Positions 12,380-23,000 of a stretch of 35,764 bases of DNA are shown in pieces. The notes under the pieces were generated by a model that searched no databases, was not told the DNA's origin, and was given only the letters and a program-made list of their open reading frames with translations. A program made the translations under genes and the position numbers. Origin of the DNA: Sphaeroforma arctica JP610 (lineage: Eukaryota); the NCBI RefSeq assembly GCF_001186125.1, contig NW_014040412.1:47304-83067 (forward strand). Reading direction: 5' to 3'. The number at the start of each line of letters is the position of its first letter. The stretch's first letter is position 1.

Positions 12380-12630
12380 TTTGATTGGTGCATGAAAGAG
12401 GAATTCCTTTCACGAGGTACTCTTTTTCGAGTATTTTGCTTTCACGTGTAGGAATCCGAGCCCCTGCGGGCCGATGCTCACAAAAACAATAATATTTCAT
12501 TGGTTTATGTGATCCAGGAGATATTTATATCTTAAAACACTGAAAACAGCAGGGGGCGGGCCGATAGGGGATTAAATTAGTTCCGGTTTTTATTAAAAAA
12601 AATAACCTTTTTGGGTCGAGTTTATTGGCA
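12380..12630 (+). promoter_or_regulatory. Candidate promoter-proximal region of the Mlx-like gene (reverse CCAAT x3, E-boxes, GC box)
   Basis: ATTGG at 12384, 12499 and 12624; CACGAG at 12411; CACGTG at 12443; GGGCGG at 12554. All lie 0.6-0.85 kb upstream of the ATG. These are motif matches only. Confidence 0.35.
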
Positions 12631-13214
12631 TCTGTTTGTACTAGTTTTAGGCTTGCAGACGTTGCAGCCGCAGAACCACCCCCACCCCTTGCTCTCTCCC
12701 GGGCTGCCAGGGGCCCATTCCCAGACCCCCAGACCCCAGTCCCCCACTCTGCAGACTGAATGAAGTCCCGTACTCCTTGTGTCCGCTGTCTGGAGAGTCT
12801 CTACAGCACTCGCCCCGCTTGTTCCCACTTACCACTTGTAGCTGGCACTCCCCAGTGACGCCACACAGCGTCCAACTGTCCCAGAGTCTGCCGGAGTTCT
12901 GCAGAGTGACTGTGTATTCAGTAGAATGTAGACTCGTTCGATAGTTTGAGGGAATTTCATCATCGAATTATAGAAATTCTCTTTTTTTTCTTTCTTTCGG
13001 CTCTTTCATAAATATATATATTCAGAACTATGTTCAAAACGTATCACTTCCAAACACTAAAGAAGCAATAGAAATCTAAAGTTAACTTCCAAATAAATTC
13101 TGAAAATAGTGACTACTATAATTGTATCTGAGCTTTACATATCAAGCAGATTAAGTCATACACACAAATTGCATCAAATCAGTTAGCTAGGTATCATAAA
13201 GCTTCAATCTATCA

Positions 13215-14645
13215 ATGATGCTTACCGGCGGTGATGCTTTGCTGTACAATCCCGCTCTGAATACTATGAATTTCGAGGATATGGAATTTGGGAACTATCT
13301 GGACCCCCTTAGGTTTTTTGGAGGCGCAGACATCTCACTTAGTCTATTAGGTAACGATGCCAGCTCAACAGATAGTGGCTCAGACGATGTTGCGAATTCA
13401 CCGGATATGACGGATGCTTCTTGGCCCTTACCTGATACACTAGGACAAGATGTAGCTTCATCAATGGCGCAGTCCATACCTACGGTCCCAGATGGAAGCT
13501 TTGATGTGGAACGTTCAAGCTTTTCGACCGATAGGTCAAGCTTCGCGACCGACAGATCAAGCTTTGCTAGTATGTTCAATATGGATCAGTCACAGGTGGA
13601 CAACGCAATGGCGATGCAACTTCCCTCGCAAGCGCTTCTGGCAGCACAGATGCACATGCAATTGCAGGCACAAGTACAGGCACAGGCCAATTTACACGCG
13701 CAGCTTTTGGCGAGCCAACAGTCGCAGGCCCGACTACAAAGCCAATCACAACACCCGCTCCAAATCCCAGCGGTCAAGAGTGAACCTGTTGCGGATGCTA
13801 GCGTAGCTCAGTCACCAATTCTCAATTCTTCTCCAGTTCCGGTGGCAGCTGCCAACATGGGAATCGACAAGCCTGTTGGTGTGCTTGCATCGAAGAGTGC
13901 TAATTCGATGAACACAACGCCGCTGGTATTATCTGTTTCCAGCCCTATTACGACTGAATCCGAATGCGTTGATGCAGAAGATGCTGCTCGGCGGCGACGT
14001 GCTCATTTGGCGTCAGAGAAGAAGCGAAGGCACAATCTCAAGGATGCTTTTGACGAGCTCAAGCAGACTATACCACAATGTCGAAACTTCCCACAAAGTA
14101 AGAGTAGTAAAGAGAGTGTTCTGAGGAAAGCCGTAGATTATATTAGTTACTTAGTGAGACAACGTGCACAGATGACAGCCGAGATTCAAGCGTTGCGAGC
14201 ACAGGTTAAAGATATGGGTGGAGAACCTTCTGGGGTACCGACTGTGAAGCAAGAGGTGACGACAGATTACTCCACCAGTTTTCCGCCTGGTACGAAGACC
14301 ATTATACTTCTGGGCCTTCTGGACGCATTTGTAGAGGAGTTCGACAAGGTTGTCTCAGTTTCGAGTACGGAAGAATTGTCGACCACCATCTTCAGTTTCT
14401 TCGAGACTTATTGCCAACCAGCAGCAATGCAGAATGTCATTATAAGCTCCTTGAAGAGTGTGGCCGTTAATTTCAATCCAACGACAGACGGTGCTTCTTG
14501 TCGCATCCGGAAATGGATGGATTCCCTCAATGGGTGTGATGTGTCAGCTTTCGATGAGAATGTATCGTCACGTTTAAGATCCGTGCTCGCGTCGGTATAT
14601 ACACACTATAGTTCCAAAATACCACCAATTCTTCTGGCCGCCTGA
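13215..14645 (+). CDS. MLX: Mlx/Mondo-family bHLH-leucine zipper transcription factor with C-terminal DCD domain, 476 aa, intronless
   Basis: bHLH-ZIP at about 13989-14217: RRRAHLASEKKRRHNLKDAFDELKQTIPQC...SKESVLRKAVDYISYLVRQRAQMTAEIQALRAQV, with the class B H-E-R basic signature (CACGTG binders). It is followed by KTIILLGLLDAFVEEFDKVVSVSSTEELSTTIFSFFETYCQPAAMQNVIISSL, which aligns by eye with the Mlx DCD (KFNVFQGIMDSLFQSFNASISVASFQELSACVFSWIEEHCKPQTLREIVIGVL, from memory). AATAAA at 15111. Confidence 0.9.
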   Translation: MMLTGGDALLYNPALNTMNFEDMEFGNYLDPLRFFGGADISLSLLGNDASSTDSGSDDVANSPDMTDASWPLPDTLGQDVASSMAQSIPTVPDGSFDVERSSFSTDRSSFATDRSSFASMFNMDQSQVDNAMAMQLPSQALLAAQMHMQLQAQVQAQANLHAQLLASQQSQARLQSQSQHPLQIPAVKSEPVADASVAQSPILNSSPVPVAAANMGIDKPVGVLASKSANSMNTTPLVLSVSSPITTESECVDAEDAARRRRAHLASEKKRRHNLKDAFDELKQTIPQCRNFPQSKSSKESVLRKAVDYISYLVRQRAQMTAEIQALRAQVKDMGGEPSGVPTVKQEVTTDYSTSFPPGTKTIILLGLLDAFVEEFDKVVSVSSTEELSTTIFSFFETYCQPAAMQNVIISSLKSVAVNFNPTTDGASCRIRKWMDSLNGCDVSAFDENVSSRLRSVLASVYTHYSSKIPPILLAA

Positions 14646-15433
14646 ACCCAGGGAGAAAGAAAGTGCCACAATATTCAGTGTGGTAAGTATCACTTTTAGA
14701 TTTTAATCGCCATCTCCTGCCGATGATACCGTGTTTCGGTGCGAGTTTTCCTGGTAAACCTGTGCCTGGCACTATCTCAGACGCTTTTTATACACCCATG
14801 TGAGTGTGATATACTTAGCAGTCTGGTTGTCAGAGTTCTTCCCATTAGACTCGATTCACTCAAGGTCAACTACTCTATACGACTATACCTCTGGATACAC
14901 AAGAGTATCCTAAGCTTTTACGAGTCTGTCGTGGGAACCGGCCGAGTTCTCCCCTATTAGAGAGGGGGGAATATAATTTCTGAGCCAATGGATTAATGAG
15001 CAAGACCCCAGGGTGGAGGGCACGTAGTATCAACGATTATCTGGTTGATTTCGAAAAGGAAACAATGAATGACAAGTACTTGATTTTAACTAGTAGCGAT
15101 TGTCGTAAAAAATAAATTGCACTAACTGTGGAACATAAACTGCTGGTTTAAGGTTTTGTTTCGTTTCTATTGGTGCTATGTACTCGGACTATTTAAAACA
15201 GCATTCATCCTGCGCAATGTATTCAGAATGTTTGTGAGCTAAAGGTCCCTACAAATACTTCATTGCATATATCTTACATACACACGAGCATACTATATTT
15301 TACATATCTGTAGACCCGCAAAGCATCCATGTCCCCTCCCCCGGTATAATATAAAATATCATTGTATGGGTAAATATTTGTTTAGGGTTTTTGACATAAA
15401 TTTCGTGTGAAGATAGCTCATAGTGCAATAGCC

Positions 15434-15489
15434 CTCAAAGGCTCAAACTCAAAGGCTCAAACTCAAAGGCTCAAACTCAAAGGCTCAAA
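15434..15489. repeat. 14-bp tandem repeat (CTCAAAGGCTCAAA) x4
   Basis: Perfect units read directly from the sequence. Confidence 0.95.
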
Positions 15490-17924
15490 ACCTGAAAGCA
15501 AAAGCGTTCTTCTAAAAATTGAACAGAACAATAAAACACTGCTGGGTCGCCGCGGAGACTGAAAGCCTATAATCGTAGGGATATTTTATTTGCTCATATT
15601 CTTCCACACTATCACAAATACATACTAAATTCTGGAGGGCGGGACTCTGTTGGGGTCTACAAATGGGTCAAATAGCGTCACGGACGTTCTTGGCGACACA
15701 AAATATCGGTGATAATGTCGACAGGGAAAAGCTTATCTACGCTTTCAGCAAATGATTTTTTTTTAAAACATATTAATTAAACTTTTGAGTTTGAGTTTGG
15801 AAGTTTGGATTTTGGAGTCTAAATATTGGAGATAATATGTTTTTAGAAACAGAAACGAAAAAGATATATACACTATGTACAGAGACTTTTAGAGTGACTT
15901 GCATATCCTGTAAAGGGGACTTTTTGGGGCCGAATATTTTTTGGGGTTTGAGAAATTTGTACCCTTCCAATACAAATTTGATAACATGGTGCCACAAGAC
16001 CAGGTGTTTTGGCGTTGAATTCGACTTCTTTTTTTAAAAGTTGAAACCTAAATCCAATCTATAAAAAAAATGAGTATGTAAAATAGAAATTTAGAATCAG
16101 CCATAGCCTAGAGTAAGCCTACTCTAGTATCTAGAACCTAGATGTTATTTCTTAGGAGAGGCTATGAATCTGAATCAGCTCTATTTAAATTTCAGGAGAA
16201 TCGGTTGGTTGATTCTCGCGGAGAGATAAGATTTGTACCCCTGGGCGTGGCTGCCCTGGCAGTGTAGACCCGTACCACTGTTGCCACTGTAGCAGTACAT
16301 AAAAATACAAATGGGGGGTTTTTTTAAATACTGAATATTTACATCATCAATACAACGTAAAAATAATAAATATACCGGTAGAGCTTTTAAAATCGGCTTT
16401 TGTTTAATAAAAAAAGAGAGGTAAATACAAATCATATTGTCTGGAAGAACCAACCATCCGAAATTATATATATATATATATATATATTTTAGAAACAAGC
16501 ACTATCGATTTTTTCATAGAGTGCGTTCTATTTTTAAAATACATACTAATATAAAAAGGTTAACCCCCGATTCCGAGTGCATTAGTTTTTTTATATATTA
16601 AATTCGGGCTAACTACATTATTTACATAAAGGCGAATACCCAATATAAAAAAAATGCATATTGGGCTAAATACATATGTATAAAATACTTATTAAAATCA
16701 TTTTCATTTTTTTTTATAGTGTTCGCGGTGAAGTCTATTTATGAGTCACTGACTCATTGTTGATATTTAAAAATATATATATATTCATTTTAGAAAAACC
16801 ATAGCCTTTAAAAAAAGTCTTCTGAATTGTAAAACCTATTTATAGTAATAACAACAAAACCATTCTCCTAGTTAAATAAAAACATTAGACTAGTATGTAT
16901 GACTCATATTTTAAATATAGTCATGTTATCTGTCAGCTCTCTTCGACTCTCTCTCTGAGAGAGAGAGTCTCTAAATACTAAATATTTAGAGAGAGTTACA
17001 CTACTTTTAAAAAATACACAATCCACACTACCGCAACCGGCCTACCGCTGTAGTGCCAGTCCGCCATACTAACCACAGCCTCACAGAGTTATAGTGTGAG
17101 GCTCACAGAGTCACAGTCAGTCAATCAACCACACACTTGGGTCTCAAGAGTCCCAGACTCTCACAGTGACACAAGAGTCACAGACAGTCAGACACAGTCT
17201 CACAGACTGTGTCCACAGTCACACAAAAGTTACACACAACTTCAAGTTCAGATACACATATTTATTACTTCACACTTCACACTTCACACTTCACAGAAGT
17301 TCACACAACAAGAGAAGTTCACGCACTTCAAAGTAAAATATTGACAGTCACAGTCTCACGAGACACAGACTCACAGTCTGTCACAGACACAGCCTCACAC
17401 AGGGCATACTTTTCTTATAAAAGCTGAAGCCTGAAAGTCTGATACCGCCCAAAAGGGCGATGTTTAAAATCATTTTGTTATACAAGTGGGATACAATCTA
17501 CCACCCTCAATCATACATATTTTGCCAATCAGAAAACGTCTATTTTAAAAATATGCTCCATATTTTGTAATCTACTGCCACAAAAAAATGTAGTTCTTAT
17601 TTTTGTATTTTAATTTTTATATTTTTTACTGTTCCGGTTCCGTTCACATCGCTGGCGCCTGGCGGGCGGCGGCTGCTGTATTTTTTTAAATAAAATTGAG
17701 TGAACAACTATTGCATTGTTGTGCACAATATTTTATTAAAATACAATTTCCAAACATAAAATTTTGTTTACCTGCTGTTATTGAGTTCGTTCTTGAATAC
17801 CGAAACAGTGATACTCCTGTGTGAATCGACAGTTAGGAACAACCCTAAAATACTATAACAGCAGAAAAGCATACTTGCTGCCCTACTAGAGTAGTGTAGA
17901 GTTCTGCTACCAAGTGGCGGCAAC

Positions 17925-19993
17925 ATGGCGACCGAGCACGACGAAGATGTGGAGGTCAGGGTGTCTGACGCGGATAGCGACGCGCATGAGAAAGCAGAGG
18001 TATATATATATATATACAATCAAGTATATTTGATCTAGGCAGTATATAGCTTTACTGTGAATAATAGCGGTAGGACCGAAACCCCTTTGAATTAGATAGC
18101 ACAGTTCTAAAGGTTGGCGAGGTTTACAAGAACAGTCAGAAGGTTTTGGTCTGTGGCACAGTTATTTGAAGCAAATTGTCAAGCACAAAAGTACAAAGCA
18201 CAGTTATTTGCAGCAATTTTGTTACGCGCACATGCACAAAGCACAGTTATTTGAAGGGTTGGCGATCTTTAACTCTCTCCGAACATATAATCAGCCTAAT
18301 AAGTAACTCCTTAGTCCAGTATCTGCTCCTCTTGGAGGTTATGTGTGCCGGTATATTGGTATTACTCGGTCTCGTGGGTAGTTATGCTTACTCGTGAACG
18401 TTAAAGTTCAAAATGTATTGGAAACCAGGTATAATGGATTCGCTATGCTGTAAAATATATTCGCTCTCGGCTATATTCACTGCAATACTGTTTAGAATTG
18501 TTTGGAGAAGTATAGTTTCAGAATTGTGGCATTAGGCGGTATTTGCCAAACTGTCTGTAGCGGAAGACAACTGAGTGATTCGGCATCCGACACAATAGAC
18601 ATACGATCAAACATATGCACAAATAAATACATAGTAGTTTTTCGTGCGTGGTATAAGTATGTGTGTGTGTGCGTGTGTGATTTCTTGTGTGTGTGCACGT
18701 AAGTGTGCGTGTATGTGTTTGTATTCAAATTATTTTATATACATATTTATATGTATAATTTATATATATATGTGTGTGTGTGTCAATGTGTGTGTGTTTG
18801 TGTGTGTACGTATATATATAATATGTTCATACATATATATATATATAATATGTTCATACATATACATATATATATATATATACAATATATTATTTATATN
18901 NNNNNNNNNNNNNNNNNNNTAGCTATATGAAATTTATAAATTCAACTGTCTATTTCTTTGGTCTATAAGTATTTTAAACTCATATTCACACACATGCATA
19001 CCTACGTATTTATCAATCTATATATATATATGTGTGTGTGTGCATACGTTCATGAGCGTAAGTTATAGGCAGTCGCGCATACTATTGCATATATTAATAT
19101 GAGTGTGATGGTCCACTGTGTGTGTGTATGTATGCATACGTCCATACGCATAACTACAGGCAGTCGTACATACTATAGCATCTCTTAGTATGAGTGTGAT
19201 AGTCTGCCTGCTCATTTATCGTACATGTCACATACATGCATACGTTTATTCATGGGAAGCTCGTGCGAGCATCCGCGGCTTCTTATACCAAGCGCGTGTT
19301 CTTGTACATGCATATGGTGTCATATGTTGTCATATGGTATCATATGGCATACCCCTTGTACACGGGTGTACGTTCTCATCTCCGTATGCCTCACGCAAAT
19401 ACACTACTATGTTCTCAGGCGCCAAAACCCCACTTCCAAATATGACACTTACCTACACAGGCGGCGAGCGACAACGGCACCGAAGCCCTAAAAGGGGACC
19501 AGGACAGTCTGGACGTGGAAGCCCCAAGCAAACCACAAGGTATTGCACCCCATTCTGTCCCAGTGTGGTGCTCATAGGTTTTTGATACAGTTATATATCT
19601 GGGCGAATAAACGCCCACACGCAGTTGGGTGTCAGTGTTTCTGGGCTGGCTTGTGTGGAGTATTGCTATTGGTAGATTATTGAACCCATTGCCTGGTAAC
19701 TATGGTGGCTTCGGCGTGTTGATATAAAGCATTGATACTCTGATAAGCAGTTATATATATATATGTATATATATATATTGCCATATCTATTTACACAATT
19801 AACCTATCGTCTATGTTTTATCTCTGTTAGCTTCAGCTTCTGAGGATGACCGTGATACGTACGAGAGCTGCGGTGGCACCAGCGACGACAGTCTCACAGG
19901 CAACGCACAAAAGAAGAAGCGCAAAAAGAAAAGCAAGCTAGGGCTTGATGGCACGGTCACGGGTGGGTCAGTCGTTGTTAGTACACACTGTAT

Positions 19994-20024
<31 letters not shown>

Positions 20025-23000
20025 CTATACGATTCACACTCTACAACCACAAGACGTACACCACTCACACTGACGTATTAACACACACCGAATGGTCTGC
20101 GTGTACTGGAATGAATCAGAATCAATATGGACTATGCTACTATATGCACTGTGCTATTATAGGCACTATGCTAATATATGCACTATGCTACTATATGGAC
20201 TGTGCTACTATATGCACTGTGCTACTATATGCACTATGCTACTATATGGACTGTGCTACTATATGCACTATGCTACTATATGCACTGTGCTACTATATGC
20301 ACTGTGCTACTATATGCACTATGCTACTATATGCACTGTGCTACTATCCAAGCGAATCTGCCGTTCCTGAGTCAAGCAGTTACACTACCAATGCATACGT
20401 GTACTGTACTACATTCCAACATGCCAAGCGGTACTATTCAACCGAATTTTCAGTGTCGAAGTCCAACTAGATATACTACCAATTTCGGATTTAGGGATTG
20501 GAAAGTCTCCACAGATTGACGCAATTGCGCTACTCAATCCTCTTTTTCTTCAGAACCCGAAGAGGACATTGTCCCGATTTCGGGATCAGAGCCCCAAACA
20601 CCGGACACCGCAGGCGATGCCAATTCCAAACAGAATGGAGATACGTCAAAAATCGCACGCGACACCAACGCTGAATTAAGCGCCAAGAAAAGCGGGACGG
20701 ATACCGGTACCACAGACGGCGCGGACGGGGAGAAGGAGCGCAAACACCGCCACCATCGCACACACACGTACTCGCGCGAAACATCTCATAATGCAGACGC
20801 AGCAGAGACTAACCAGTTTGTGGATGAGGACGATAAGGCTCGCGCGAAGAGAGAGCGTAAGGAAGCCAGAAAGGCCCTCAAGGTGTGTGTTCCGGATGGT
20901 TTGGATGGTTAGTGTGTGTGTAGACAGAGTTGTTTGGATAGGTTAGTGTGTGTGTGAACAGAGTTGTTTGGATAGGTTAGTATGTGTATGAACAGAGTTG
21001 TTGGGATAGGTTAGTATGTGTATAAACAGTTGTTTGGATAGGTTAGTACGTGTTTAAACAGAACTGCTTGGATAGGTTAGTACGTGTATAAACAGAATTG
21101 CTTGGATAGGTTAATATGTGTATAAACAGACTTGCTTGGATAGGTTAGTATGTTTATAAACAGATTTTCTTGGATAGGTTAGTATGTGTATAAACAGAAT
21201 TGCTTGGATAGGTTAGTATGTGTATAAACAGAATTGTTTAGATAGGTGAGTATGTATGTGTCGAACAGAATTGTATAGACAGGTTGCTATGGGTATAATA
21301 TGTCTGGGTGTAAGGATGATTGTATAGATAGGCTACTATGGGTATAATATGTCTGGGTGTATGGATGATAGTTAAGGTAGGCTACTATGGGTATAATATG
21401 TACGGATGTTTGTGTGCACGCGTGTGTGTGTGTGTGTGTTATGTGGGTTTTCCGTTTCGGCATACCGCTGTGTGTATAGGATTGTTGCTCACGGCCTGCT
21501 TCGTATCACGAGTGAAAGAGAGAAAAGGCTTTTTCAAAAATCAAAAATACAAAAAAGGCGATAAGGAATACGATCAATGCGAGCGCACGAAAGCGGAAAA
21601 GGCACTCATATACCTATAAGTTGTATATATATATATATATGCGTGTGTCTGTGTCTGTGCGTGTGTTTATTTGACTGTAACCCTAGGTCCTATGCCCCGT
21701 CATACAACTTTTGTATAACTACAGGGACACTTGTCCTGCATTCACTGTACATCTTTGGTGTATCGTAGGAATGACTTCGGAAGATCCGGTATTTCTCGTG
21801 AATTCGGCTTACACTACAAGGAACCCTATAGCCTATGTTCATTTTACGTCCTGATTATATTGTAGGTATTACTGTTCTATGTACATCACACACCTTGTCT
21901 ATGTATTTACAATACAACAACAACTGTCTTGTATACATCACTGTGTTATACACATCACACACCTTGTCTATGTATTTACAATACAACAACAACTGTCTTG
22001 TATACATCACACACCTTGTCTATATTCCTCACAATACAACAACTGTCTTGTTACATCACTGTGTTATATACATCACACACCTTGTCTATATACCTCACAA
22101 TACAACAACAACTGTATCTATAGAGTCTTATATACATCACACATCTTGTCTATATACATCACACACCTTGTCTATATACTTCAGGAACAACTCAGGAAGG
22201 AACGGAAGGTGGAGAAGGAGATAGAAGAAGCAGCCAGATTAAAACGTGAAGCCGAAGAACGCGCACGCATAGAAGCCCAACGCATAGCCGAAGAGAAACG
22301 ACGCAAGCTAGAGCACCATCAGAAGATGAAGGCCGCCAAGCTGGTATGTGGTTGTATTTGTATTTATTTATATATATATGTGTGTGTGAGTGTGTGTGTG
22401 TGTATCTTCAGCATCCCTTTATTTCCTATTGTAGACCCGAGAGAGAAACTAGCGACAAATATCTGGAACGAATGCGGACTAGATCGAATATGATCATTCA
22501 TACATGTTCACCCGTACACATTCTTTCCCAGACTATCAATACGCATTATGTATATATATCCGTTCACACGTACTCCTTAACAGGCCAAGAGAGACGCCCA
22601 CGTGAAGTACCTGGAACGGATGCTGACTGAATTACAGACCCGATTGGCGAACGCACGACTCGATTTGGAGCGAGTGCAAGATATTGACACGGATGACAGC
22701 CTGTCTGACACCTCCATTGACACTGACACTGACACCCCCTCGGACTCGGACTCAGACTCATATGGCTCATCTCGCAAGAAGAAAGTGTGTTTGTGAGGTT
22801 GTGATCAGATAGTATATATCTGGGTATATACATTGTGTGTGTGGATGTATATGTGTGTGTATGTATGTATATATGTATATATATATATATATGTATGTAC
22901 GTAAATATATATGTGTATATATATATATATATAAAATATATACGTATGTATGCGCGTGTATGTGTGTGTGTCACCATGTATTGATATATATGTATCTATA

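Noticed and set aside
12411..12448. Canonical ChoRE (two E-boxes 5 bp apart)
   Set aside because: The two E-box-like sites are separated by 26 bp, not 5.
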